From: Stylophora pistillata
Lineage: Eukaryota
Length of the DNA: 64,000 nt
Direction of reading: 5' to 3'
Assembly: GCF_002571385.2 (NCBI RefSeq)
Contig: NW_019218071.1
Coordinates: forward strand, 252,303 to 316,302
The position numbers were made by a program, and so were the translations under genes. The notes beneath the pieces are model-generated. The model searched no databases. It had not been told where the DNA came from and worked only from the letters and a program-made list of their open reading frames with translations. Shown piece after piece: positions 1-11,903 of this stretch. Each line of letters begins with the position of its first letter. Position 1 is the first letter of the stretch.

Positions 1-7
1 TTTTTTG

Positions 8-97
8 TATGGACCTCGCTGCGCTCGGTCCGTACTGTCAAGACCTCGGGCCGATATTCTCCCAGTACGGCCCTCGCGCTTGGTTAATAAGATATAT
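8..97. repeat. End of a hairpin-type dispersed repeat with a CTCG-CTGCG-CTCG apex
   Basis: tatggac CTCG ctgcg CTCG gtccgta. A similar tatggacctcg motif occurs at ~16785. Confidence 0.45.
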
Positions 98-584
98 TTA
101 ACTGTATCGACTTGAAATCTTCAGTGTGTACGCATTTGAACTATGTATTTTCTTGGCATTTGGAATACTCCTCGTTTTGTTGATCATCATCTAAATCAGT
201 CGTGATGTTGAAGAACTGTTTTTAAACAGTTCCGTTTACTTATTTTCCGTGACATCTGCCAGAGGTCGACGAAAACTTCTAATCGAGTGGGTCATTCTCC
301 CCTCCAACTGCTGTGTATTTCTTTGTAAATTAGGTCCGAGAATTTGTTACTGTTACAACAGAAAAGCCTCCAGTTGATAATTTCCAACTGATGATATTTT
401 CAGCACCTATTGGCTGTAAAATATAGTATCAATATTATAAGAAGACGTTATGTGTTTATCACTCCTTGGAGAAACACGGTTAATTTGCCCGAAATGGGAA
501 ACAGCCGTCAATCATTGTCTTGAATTCTCGTTTCCTCGTATTTTCCTTTTTTGTTTTCTAACCTTCAGTTTAATCTTCTTTTAG

Positions 585-711
585 CTCCAGCGCCACACAA
601 GCGTGAATCAATAGTTAGCAGCCTGGACAACTTTTTCTCTTCCACTGCTTCGTCAAAAGATTCCAATGGCAAAAAGTCCCCCCGGAAAACTCTCGCTCAG
701 TTAAATGAGAG

Positions 712-754
<43 letters not shown>

Positions 755-1581
755 GATGAAGATGAAGATGAAGTAGTTAGGTCCTCCCTGTCGGGTTCCA
801 AATCCAAACAGAAACGCAGAGCCTCCACTGATTCAGGTTTGCATTGACACTCTGTGAGACATGGCCAAACAGTGTTATATATTTTGCTACGAGCTATTCT
901 ATTTGCTCTTCAAATGATTAGATAACAAAATGCATGTTTCTGGAATGTTGAAACTGATTTTACCAGTTTTTGCACGTTTTTTCTTTTTTTTTTTTGCATA
1001 TTTGTTTATCCCTTGTTACCTTCAAACCTTTTTTACACTGCTCATTAACTCGTTATTTACGCATGTACGTACTTTCATTCGTTCGTTTGTCTTTCGTTTG
1101 TGTACTCATTGTTATAATATTGTTGTAGTCGCCAATTTATGGGCAACATCGAATTCCGGAAATGATTCAAAGACGAAGCGGAAGTCGGTAAGTTTTACTG
1201 ATGAAACCATGCCTTTGAACCCTGGTTTCGATCGTTGGTCGAGATCGTTTTTTAATGTTCTTGAACAAGACTGTGTCGCTCTACTAAGTCGGTCAGGAAT
1301 GGGTATGCTGGAGGGAGGTAGGTGTGAAACCCCATCCAAGGGTCCGGGGGCACCACTGCTCTTAGTGACCTCGTGTCGCAGAAACCGACAAAAGCTCTGT
1401 CAGCAGGGATATTTGGTCCCGTATGCGTACTTTTTACTACAAAGTCGTCAGAGACATTTTGCTAATTTTTTTTCACCTCCAGAGTATAAAATCCTCGCCC
1501 AGTAATAAGTGGAATGCGGACTTTGAGTTTGAGAAACCTTCCCATCGGCGACCAGACTCACAGCTTGATGAGCTGTTTTGA
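585..1581 (+). CDS. 3' end (last three coding exons) of an unidentified gene: low-complexity Ser/acidic C-terminus ending ...PSHRRPDSQLDELF*
   Basis: Exons 585-836 (tag|CT..TCAG|gtttgc), 1129-1187 (tag|TC..TCG|gtaagt) and 1483-1581 (cag|AGT..TGA). Phases 1/1/0 join in one open frame containing a poly-D/E tract. AATAAA at ~1703 and 1741. The start lies upstream of the window. Confidence 0.6.
712..772 (+). repeat. Coding (GAT)n/(GAAGAT)n repeat encoding poly-Asp/Glu
   Basis: gatgatgat...gaagatgaagat inside exon 585-836. Confidence 0.9.
1290..1440 (+). mobile_element. Degenerate SINE fragment (Nin-domain-like)
   Basis: cccatccaaggg...ctcttagtgacctcgtg..cagaaaccg..aagctc...ggtcccgtatgc resembles the conserved core and tail of cnidarian tRNA-SINEs. 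Recognised by eye only. Confidence 0.45.
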
Positions 1582-2137
1582 AGAGGAGACTCTCTATAGT
1601 TACTCACTACAGAATAGACTGAGTTTCATTTCTTAGCATATTGCACAAAAATGAATGAAAAGTCACTAGTTATACCCAAGGAGTTGTAGTATAATTCAGT
1701 AAATAAACGAAAGGTTAACCATGTTATACTTGTTGTCCTAAATAAATGTTTAGCGGAGCGCCTGGGTTTTTTTAATACTGAATGCGTTTATCTCAGACTG
1801 ACGAACTCACTTATAATGAGTCCTTTCTTTCTCGAATTAGCCAACTTTTTCCCTTTCGAACGGACCATTTCTTTTTTGTTTTTGTTTTTTTGCGTATCTC
1901 GCGGATTTGCAAGCGCCTTGAAGCTGGGAGAGGCATGGGATATCACCAGTTGAAGCCCCGCTGCCTAGGTGTCCAATCAGTTCGTACACACGGACGTACT
2001 CGGTCGATTTGTACCCAGTTTGTGGTGGTTTGTACCTAACCTGCGGGTCGATTCGTATCCGTCCAAATTTTCAGTGAAGATCAAAACTTCAGCGAACAGA
2101 TGTCAATTATCGCGTGCAACAAGTTAGTTAAATTAAC

Positions 2138-2271
2138 NNNNNNNNNNNNNNNNNNNNNNNNNNNNNNNNNNNNNNNNNNNNNNNNNNNNNNNNNNNNNNN
2201 NNNNNNNNNNNNNNNNNNNNNNNNNNNNNNNNNNNNNNNNNNNNNNNNNNNNNNNNNNNNNNNNNNNNNNN
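2138..2271. other. Assembly gap (134 N)
   Basis: Run of Ns. Confidence 1.
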
Positions 2272-2468
2272 CTGAATGCTACATTCTAATCAGGCAGCAC
2301 AGGGCGAAAACCGTAACCTGTGAGCCATGGAGTAAAAAAATAAATGTACATTAACTAATCCTAAAAAGCTTTTCCGCTGTGTCTACGGTCCTCCTAACAG
2401 GAAGTCAAACTGCCACCTTGAAAGTCCGGGCAATATTCAGCGTGCCCGAGAGCACTACCCTCTGCATC

Positions 2469-2470
<2 letters not shown>
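2272..2470 (-). mobile_element. 5'-truncated non-LTR retrotransposon tail (R4/Dong-like, restriction-like endonuclease type)
   Basis: Minus strand 2470-2405 reads KMQRVVLSGTLNIARTFKVAV*, similar to the C-terminal Q-x-x-V-L-x-G-T-x-x-I-x-R motif of R4/NeSL-type ORFs. It abuts a (TAA)n tract, and the 3' UTR runs into the gap. Confidence 0.6.

Positions 2471-2522
<52 letters not shown>
2470..2522. repeat. (ATT/TAA)n microsatellite
   Basis: About 17 perfect ATT units. Confidence 0.95.
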
Positions 2523-4849
2523 GGCTGTACTAGGTGTTTTAAAGGCGAGGATTATTTTGGAACAGAAGCTTTAGTAATGAAATGCAGAGTAAAGAAAATT
2601 TGGTTACAAAAGGCAGCCTTTTACTGGATCCCCAGGTTCATTAAATAAAGGTAATCGATGAAAAGAAACGACTTTGCCTGCCTTATCAACCTTCGCCCTC
2701 CACACCCCCCTCCCTGAACAAAAACCGAGATATCGAAGCACAAGACTCGAAGAAAATCATACTCCTATCTGAAAAAATTCGTCATGGCCCAATTTACGGG
2801 ACTCCGGCTAAGGACCTCACATTACTTTGATCCAAAAAAGTCTACCACACTTCGGCGAACTATCATGAAAGATTGCTATTGTTACACTCCAGATGATCAG
2901 TTCATTATGCTATACGATCGTGAATGTTCATCTGATTCATACGCTAAATAAATTGGATTACTGTATAGGAAAATATTTCAGTTCATAGCTAAGTGGGATA
3001 AGCGTTTATTATTAACATTAATTTTTTTTTTTTATCAGCAAGAATAAAAAACCCGAAAATTCCCAGAACGTTTTGAGCTACTCCTTACATTTAGAGAAAG
3101 AGATGAAACCCAAAAAAGAAAAAATTACTGTAAATGACAAATCAGCATCAGTTTTCGAGTCAGCGATCGTTTGACCAAAAAGATCAGCAATTTTCCCAAA
3201 AGATCAGCAATTTTCCCAAAAAAGAAATGTTACTCAGGGTTTTGAGGTAGCTAATTTTTGCATTTACTGGTTGAACGATTTTCTCGCCTACTTTTTCATA
3301 ACAGCACAGAAAATAATGGAACCATTTCTGATCTTATTCAGACCGAAAGTTTATCAATGTTTATATTAATCAAGCGTATTGAATACACTGTAGCTTATCT
3401 CAATTAAACGCGCTTCCGTCGATCGAATATGAGTACCGCCTTTTCGAGGAATGACGCATATTGTGACGTCATCGTCTGATCTGATAGTTCGTGAAAGTCA
3501 GTAAGGCAGAGTTAACGATGTTCGTGACTTCCGGCAGCCACTCGTGACGTGTTCTGCAATCAAAAGCACTGATTTCATGGCAAACACACTTTGTCAAAAG
3601 TCGTAGATTCTTTTGAATACCTTAAGTAATTTTCTCACGCAAAGACATGAATGTAAAGATCATAAGAAAAATATTGGCGGACTTCTATTGAAAAGTTAAT
3701 GATTGAACTCTCTAGATTGAGTGAGTGCATGTGATCATAATGCTGCAGTCATATTTCGTTTCTGTGGCCTGCTGTTTGTGAATTAATTTTAGTCGCCCAT
3801 GGTTAAATGAAGGCTCTCGGTTGAAGTAGCCAATCACATGCGGCTAATTGGGAGTGATTGACACTTTTAGCTAAATTACTGTGACGTCACAGAGACTCAT
3901 AACAAAAGGAAATCGCTTCATTTTCCGGGAGCAAGAATTGTACGAAGGCAAACGTCCACGATTTTAGGGGATATTTTTTCGCGTTTAGCGCCGAATCTTT
4001 GGTAAGTAAATAGCATCCTCAAAGTATTTATTAGTGAGATGATAATAATTACTGATATCTTTCGCCTAAGTTCAAAATTCGCACAGGGCGCTGGCAGAAA
4101 AGCGAGCCATATTTGTTTAGCTTTTGTTGTCAGCAGTCTGTGATAGCAACCTTGATCTTGAAAGAACAGGCTTTGTGGAATGTTGAAAACCTTCATTTTG
4201 GGCAGTTTGAAATCTGTTATGTCTAGTTGAATTATGTGATACAAAGTACAAATGGCGCTTATGTCGGCCCTCCCCATGCATAGCACGCGTGACCGAGGGC
4301 TTGTGGTTGTACAGAACATTCTTCAAGATCTTTGTTTTAACCTTGCTTTTATAGGCCTGTGGTTTGACTGAAAACTGTAAACGTTAGGTTATGTATTGCT
4401 CTTCGTTGTAAACTAAACCAGGCTTAAATGGAAGCGAAGAAGAAGCGAAAGAGCTTCTAAGACCGGCGGGATTCTCGGCCGGCTGAGTCATGGTTGCGTT
4501 GGATTTAGCGGACTGGATGAAACAGGTCTCACGGAACGATATGAAAGAAAAAGCCAGCACAATAGAAATGCATGGCATAGGCCCTTTCCATTTGTTTTCA
4601 GTTTCGTTTTATTTTAAGTTCCCCCATGATACTCAAATTATGTCGTCAGAAGCAAAACCTTGCCGGAAATTTCACGCCGTACGCTTTTTGCACAGCTTTC
4701 ATATTTCGGCTGTTCTCTATCTCTTTCGTAATGTGCTTGGCATTTGTTAAGTTTCTATCATAAAATTGACAATTCTTGCTACAGGATCGCTAAAAAAGGT
4801 ATGGTGGAGTGTTTCATGAGAATTGTAGGTATCTGAAAACGCGAGAGTC

Positions 4850-5350
4850 TAATTTTATGGCGTCGCGTCATATACGACCCATAAGAGAACCCGAGAAATT
4901 ATTTATGTTGAGCAAACATGGCGGCCATCTGAAGTTATCCTTCGTTTATGTTTTCTCAGTGTTTTACCTTAAGATTTTTACATTGGGTGGAATTTTTCGT
5001 TAATTACTCAGATAGGATACGATTCTACAAGTTTTTCTTTACTGAGGAGTGGGATGAAGGTGTTATCGTTTTCCGCAGAGAACTTTTCTTTCTAAACCAG
5101 CGTTCCGACTTGGTGATATTTGAAATCGAACATCAACCTTGAGAGTGAAATGAAATCTTAAGCATTTAGTGAGACTGTTTGACATTTATCGTATTAATTT
5201 TCAGTCGCCCGAAAGAAATTAGTGTCTTTGGTTCGTTGTGCAATTTCTGGTCTTCCGGGAGTGAACAAATCTTTGCTACTCAGAAGACTACATACGTATA
5301 TCGACGGCGTTCCGTCTGGTACTTACCGTCGATAGTTTCTTGTCTTTCGA
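4850..5350 (+). promoter_or_regulatory. Probable CpG-rich promoter / 5' UTR region of the ZFAND gene
   Basis: CpG-rich up to ~5.35 kb, then abruptly CpG-poor. YY1-like AAACATGGCGGCCATCT at 4914-4930. The ATG exon at 6770 is preceded by an acceptor, so a non-coding exon must lie upstream. Confidence 0.4.
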
Positions 5351-6773
5351 ATAACCCCTAATACATTTATATTCAAGCATGTGGTTATTGGAGCTATATT
5401 TTTGTGAACTGCCTCAATCTTTAACTTTAGTAAGTAGCACTTAAAAACCTTAGAAAGTGCTACTTACACAACAGAGTTCAGATCAATTCAGATATGTTCT
5501 TAATAACCAGTAAGCTGAAATTAACATTCATGGCCTTTCTGTTTGGGACATTTTTCGTCGTGAAAAATATTCACATACAGCTACACTATTCCTTAGCTAT
5601 TTAACGAGTTGTGTATTTGATGAGGATAGTGTGAGGAGTTTCTTGTTTAACTGCACTTTATTATTTTTTGCTTACCTAAAAACATACTCAGTAATCAGTA
5701 GAGCCAGGTTCTTGATTTTATTTTCATTATACATCTACTGCATATATTATAATTTGTTATAAATTTGTTTAAATGTATATTAGTATCAGTGCTGTGGTAA
5801 TGTTTACCTGAAATGTTGTGTTTTGCTTTGTGTGGTGGTCTGTTCTATAACTAGTATAATTTCAGTTGTAACATTGAAGAAACACAATTTACAGTGAATT
5901 GATATCATTCTAGACATCACTCTGTGTAGAGATTAAAGATGCATTCTACTGAGCAAGCCAAAAATTTGGTAAATTTTCCATTTGTGGGTCCAAACATGCT
6001 TGTAATTATCACTGAAATAGATGAGTAGAAATTTATCTATAGCCAGAATTTTCTAAATCACGCCATCAACATAGAGTAGATCCTAATGAGAAATGCCTGC
6101 AACTCTTCTTTATCTGAAATTCTGTTGTGTCTCTTGAACTTTTGGTACAAGTTGCTAGGCTAAGGTAGAATTTTTACAGGTTTCTTTGTTTGTATTCGAT
6201 ATTTAGAGTTTGTGTCTGATAATTGAGTCATGTATCAAATTGCTCTCAAAGTTTAACTAAGATCTGTGTCAGGTGACATTCAGTGACCAAGGGACAGTCA
6301 TGCATACTCAATCATTTTAGATATCATTGAACACTCGCATGTTTGCTATGGGAAGATTTTACTGCTACACAGCATGAACATTTGGCTGTTATGTTGACTT
6401 CAAACTTATTTTTTCCTTTTTTTCTGTCGACGAGAAGGAAATAATCATTTTTTTTTTCTCAATTTCCTTCCTTTCTGGGATGTAAAGGGGAAATACATTG
6501 TACAGTAGATGATTTGTTGCTGAATATTTTCTAATGAGTCCAGATATAAAGAATAGGACTTGACACTCAATTGGCATACACTTTTTTGGCTTGAGGTAGT
6601 TAATTTTTGCAGCTGTTTTGATGTGCAAGCATTCTTTTTCAGGAATGTATTTTTGGGGATGGAGGATTATCCATAAATTATAGTAAACTAAAACAATCAT
6701 TGTTTTATTTCTACATGGTACACCTTAGTTGTACAGTAAACCTCAGTAATGATTTTCTTTTTTTCACAGTGTG

Positions 6774-9700
6774 ATGGAGAGAGGTTCAGATGATACGCAG
6801 CAACCCTCTTTGTGCCGCATGGGCTGCGGATTTTATGGCTGTTCCTCAACTGATGGTATGTGTTCAAAATGTTTTAAAGATGCTTTAAGGCGAAAGCAAT
6901 CTTCACCAACAACCAGTGCAGCAGCTGTTGTATCGAGTTCCTCAACAGGTAAGTCTTAATGTAGAATTGTAGTCTGAGTGGCATCTTTTCCATCTGTCAA
7001 CAACTCTGTAACAGTTGATACAAACAAGGTAAAAAAATTTTCTGGGGTAACTGGAAATAAATTCAGTAGGGGAGTAGTACAACAAGCCAGCATAAATTCT
7101 TCTTTTTAGAGTTTGAATCTTGCCCTTTTGAAGTAAGTGATGGAAGTTCTTCCAAAGGTGACAGCATAGGGCAAAGGGCTATTTGAAGTATATGAAGTTC
7201 CTGTGCATAATGCACATGTTGAAGAAATCCCCCAGCAAATATCTGTTTTCTGAAAATCTGTCAGTTTTTGCTGAATATTCATAGTTTGAAGAAGTTAAGA
7301 TTGTAAATCTGTTCATGAAGCTAAGTACATTGACCCTCTTTGCAGCCTCTTTAGGCCTTCTATGCTTAATAATTTTTTTTAGTATTAAAGGTCAGTCCAC
7401 TGATATGACTAAATTGGTGTTGCATATGTGCAGACACTGTCATTTATGTGGTTTGTTTGTTGGATGGATTGGGTGAGAGCATCAAAGGGAGATTACTTGT
7501 GTAAGATGAAAACCAAAGAAGTGATATTGAATATGCATGTTTGTGAGTACCATAATAACAAAACAGTTAAACATGGACATGGATTTGTTAGCAACGTTCA
7601 CACATATATTCTGTGTATTACAATGGACTGTAGATACATCTACGTGTTCCACTGTAAGATAACAACCTGTGCTTATTTTTAATTTGGCACATGTCCAAAA
7701 AACAACTCCAGTTTGCTTAAGTACTTACTAGAAGTATGACTCAGTACATTCTGTTTGTAGAAGATTGAAAATGAAACAGTGTTTGGGAAAAATATCCTGT
7801 TTGTGCCATGCTTGCATTCCTTGAAAGAAAAATAAAGTATCATGTGACTTAGTTTAGCCTGGAGAGGAAAAAACAGAAGTGTGATATAGCAAATAAAGCA
7901 AGAACATGATTTTGATCTTTTCTGTGTTAATTACAATAAAAGGGGAAAATTTGATCTTTTCAACAAAGGCTTCTGATATGAGAACTGAAACAAAATTGAG
8001 TTGCATAACTGAATGTCAGCTTAGACTATCTAAGAAACGATGAATATATGAAGTTCATATATTTTGAACTGCGGTTATTGATACGTATATGATGCACAAT
8101 CCTCGCAGTAGAGAGCGCTATTTATGCAACAGCGAAAAATCAGACCGGAAAAAAATCAAGCCTATACAGGATTCGAACCACTGACCTCTGCAATACTAGT
8201 GCAGCCCTCTACCAATTGAGCTAACAAGCCAACTGGGAGCAGGCCGTTAAGTTGATTCGTAATAAACCCATGATGATAAATTAGATATGATGAATATATG
8301 AATATATTTTTTTCAGGTCTGATTTTCACTATTGCATAAATAGCGCTCTCTTCTGCGAGGATTGTGCATCATACTTAGACTATCTTGTCATGCCATTTCC
8401 TTCAGTGACAATGAACAACCTCTGCTCAGAAACAAAATAAAACAACAACCATTTCTTTACTTTCAGGATTGCCTGAGGAGCCATGTACCTCTCACCTCCC
8501 TCCAACTGAAGATAGTGTAACAACGGAAGTGAGTCCTTCATCTTCCAATAGTAGTGTTGGAGAAGAAAATAATAGTTTAAGACAACCAGAGGCACAAGCT
8601 GAGGCATCTTCGTCTGATAGCAAGGACAAAGCTAAAACCAAAAGGAATAGATGTTTTATGTGTCGGAAAAAAGTAGGATTAACAGGTAAGACATAATAAA
8701 TTTTGCTTTTTTAATAACTCTCTTGAAGGAAAAAGAAAACAGTTAAGGCCATTCCTCAGAAAAAAAGTTACCAGTTTTGAACAATTTTTTAAACTTCATT
8801 TAAGTTCCATAACTAGGTCTTTTTCAAAAAATGCAACTTAAAAAAGGTCACCATGCCTGATTAAAAGATAAAATGAGCCGAACTTACCCCAATTTTCCCT
8901 CTGCTGGCACTTATCTTGCACAGCATTTCATTGGTTCATGGTACATTTTGCGGTAGCTGGAAGAAGCAAGAAACACTTGAAGAAAACTTGATTGGTAGAA
9001 AGACTCAAGAGTAGGGAACAATTTGATAAATGAGGAAAAATCAATCGATTTTAAACAACAGTGACTCAAAATGTTCCTTGGGTGGTTACTTTCAAGGTTG
9101 TAATTTGTATTCTCGCGTAACAACCTTTGTGTGCTCTTCAAGCCACATCTTTTTTTCCCTTTGATAATTTTTTTTTTTCAATTTCTTCAATTTAAAGGAG
9201 GCCTAATTTTTTTAACCAAAATTTTCCAATATACATGTAAAATATAGATTACCGTCCTTGTTCAAGAGCAAAAGAACATCATACTTGTCTAACTTGTCCG
9301 TTGATTGAAAAACAGCACCATTTACATGTATGTGCAGTACAGGTTGTGCACATCCTGGGAGATGCAGGGGCTGTGAGTCGATTTCAAGTTATGGCGGAAG
9401 AGCCCCTGGGGACATTGTCTTACAAGACTAGTTCCAAATGGTGGCAGTCGTTCTGGCATCTGATTGGTGCCAGAAAATCTTTGTGTTTTTCTGCCCAATC
9501 AGAGTGAAGTGTGCTTTAGAGTCCTTTCATGTGTGTTAACAAGGACGTTATACAAGAAGCTCGGTTGCTCACCATGTTTGTTTGGGCTGTGCAATGGAGC
9601 TTTGCTCGAGGAGAAAAGTTTCAGTCTTAGCACACAATGTAAGAGAAATCTATCAGATTGTCTGCAAAAATCTCACCGGAAATTATACTGAATACTTTCG

Positions 9701-11903
9701 CAGGTATCACAAGAGAACTTGTTTAAAAGTTTGCAAGGTTTTTATAAAACACAATGGTTGCAGGTGTTGATATGTTGCTTTAAATGTTAGATGAGATGTA
9801 AGCTTAAATCTTTCTAGGTTTTTTGTATAATTTACTGTAACTGAAACTTTGCTAATCCTGTGAAGTTATTTCGTCGCAGGGGCCACGCAGGTATGTTGAG
9901 CAACTGGTGCTTACGCTTATGTAGCTTTCTGTGCACACCAAAATCTAATCTTCGCTTTGTAGTAAAGTCTTTCACAATATGGCCAAGGTTGCAGAGAACA
10001 TTAAGTTTGTGGACAACCTCAAACAAGCGCTTAGAGAAAGCTTAGCTGTGTTTCCGGTTAGCTAATTAAATCTGAACAAAAACTTATCAAGAACATTGTG
10101 GGAAGGAGAGATATTTTTGGACAGTTACTGAAGGGGTTTGGAAAGAGCTTAATCTTTCAACTGCTGCCTAGAGTGTTCAAATTCTTGAGCTCGAAAGGCC
10201 ACAGATTCTCTTCTAGTTCCCTTGTCACTGTCATTTCATCTCTTTTGTCGATTGTGGAAGACCAAATTAAATACCTAAGTTGATCACTAGGAATCAATGC
10301 TTCTTTCATTGGGGAAAACAAAACCAAAGACCAAGAAATTGGATGGAGAGGGTGGGTTTGCTTTATTGTAAATGTCAGCTTAGTACAGGGTCATCTACCC
10401 ACATCTCATAAACAAAAATTTTCACGCTTAGCTTTTCTTTTTTTTTCAAGCGAAGATTACTGGCTGCATAAGCACCACTTTCTTGACATGCCTGCGTGGC
10501 CCGTGCGACGAAATAACTTCACGGGATTGGCAAAGTTTCACAGCAAATTATACAAAACATCTAGAAAGATTTAAGCTTACATCTCGTTTAACGTTTAAAG
10601 CAACATATCAACGCCTGCAACCATCGTGTTTTATAACGAACCTCGCAAACTTTTAAACATGTTCTCTTGTGATACCTGCGAAAGTATTTAGTATAATTTC
10701 CAGTGAGATTTTTGCAGACAATCTGATCGATTTCTCTTACATTGTGTTCTCAGACTGAAACTTTTCACCTTGATCAAAGCTCTGTCGTATGGCCCAAACA
10801 AACATGGTGAGCAACCGAGCTTCTTGTATAGGTCCGTGTTAAAACACACAAAAGGATTCTAAATCACACTTCACTCTGATTGGGAAGAAAAACACAAGAT
10901 TTTCTGGCACCAATCAGAACGAGAACGACTGCGACCATTTGGAACTAGTCTTGTAAGACAATGTCTCCAGGGGCTCTTCCGCCCTAACTTGAAGTCGACT
11001 CACAGCCCCTGGGTCAGTGGGTTGTGCAGTGCAATACTAAGGAATCGCCTTAAGGCTTTCATTCTGTAAAAGTTGCAACATTGAAATAATGGCAATTATG
11101 CACAACAATACTTACTTAAATTTTGGCCCAATCAGGGAGAATTCACTTAAAATTTCTACATCCAAGGTGCTTCAATGACCTCTCAGCCTCTGCTTTATAT
11201 ATTTCTTGATGTTTTTCTTGAATTTGGCACCAGTAATTTGTAATCCAGTGAGCATGACCTTGCTAGAACTGTAACCACTGCAACATTGTTGTTTTACTCT
11301 GATTGTTCTTTGTCAGTGTGATGAATTGTGTCATTTGGCCAAATCAGAGCATTCTGCTCCTTCGCACCTTAAAACCTCGGTTAGCAAAGACTTTGGAGTA
11401 ACTAACTTATCAGGTTACTCAGTGAGAGATGAGGAAGAGGAGAATTACATGTATGCCTGAGTAGAAATTGAAATTTACAAAAACAACAACAGCAGCAAGC
11501 TTGTGAAGATTTCCATCTTTAAAATTACCACTGAGAGGTGCACCTAAGGGATCACAAAATCACTGAGTACAAGAACTCATTCATTATTTGACACGAGTGC
11601 TTGAAGGCAACATTTGATGAGGAAAATGTCTATGGTTCATGGAAGTTGATACCACTACCTTTTGATTTGATTGTAATAATTTCTCTGTGCTATATTATTT
11701 TTTTTGTGCTTAATTATTTATATATAACCCTTACATATTTGTGTACTTTTTTAGGATTTGAATGCAGATGTGGGAATGTCTATTGTGGCCTCCACAGATA
11801 TTCTGATAAACATGACTGCAGTTTTGACTACAAAGCTGATGGCAGGGCAAAGATATCAAAAGACAATCCTGTCATTGTTGGCTCAAAGATTCAGAAAATT
11901 TAA
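6774..11903 (+). CDS. ZFAND5/6: A20/AN1-type zinc finger protein (ZFAND5/ZFAND6-like), 180 aa, 3 coding exons
   Basis: Exons 6774-6948, 8467-8685 and 11755-11903 (phases 1,1; 543 nt). A20 finger [18 protein letters not shown]1 finger [13 protein letters not shown]|[26 protein letters not shown], ending [12 protein letters not shown]. Confidence 0.95.
8032..8373 (-). mobile_element. tRNA-containing 248-nt-unit retroelement: ~1.1 units plus an inverted partial arm, 12-bp TSD
   Basis: TSD CTTAGACTATCT at 8020-8031 and 8374-8385. tRNA-like head on minus at 8159-8230 (A box TAGCTCAATTGG, B box GGTTCGAATCC). Inverted arm at 8307-8373. Same family as 38559-38931 and 39617-40037. Confidence 0.8.
9351..11019 (+). 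mobile_element. Non-autonomous DNA transposon with ~560-bp TIRs, 9-bp TSD and RecQ helicase remnant (AcademH-like)
   Basis: TSD GGTTGTGCA at 9342-9350 and 11020-11028. Ends are CA...TG. TIRs at ~9351-9925 and ~10463-11019. The interior carries a degenerate helicase. Confidence 0.85.
9969..10345 (+). pseudogene. Degenerate RecQ-like SF2 helicase N-terminal fragment inside the transposon
   Basis: MAKVAEN...FPVS*, then after a frameshift [33 protein letters not shown]...[31 protein letters not shown]. This matches the RecQ Q motif, Walker A (xxGFGKS) and motif Ia (VISPLxSxxxDQ), with stops and a frameshift. Confidence 0.8.

Noticed and set aside
930-1505. 191-aa ORF and an apparent PP1-binding RKSVSF motif
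   Set aside because: The ORF is mostly intron and SINE. The VSF codons overlap the GTAAGT donor at 1188 and are spliced out in the best model.
3464-3889. Two TGACGTCA (CRE) palindromes
   Set aside because: Short motifs far from a defined TSS; function cannot be supported from sequence alone.
3918-5361. Cluster of short ORFs upstream of ZFAND
   Set aside because: No recognisable domains or consistent splice structure; composition looks non-coding.
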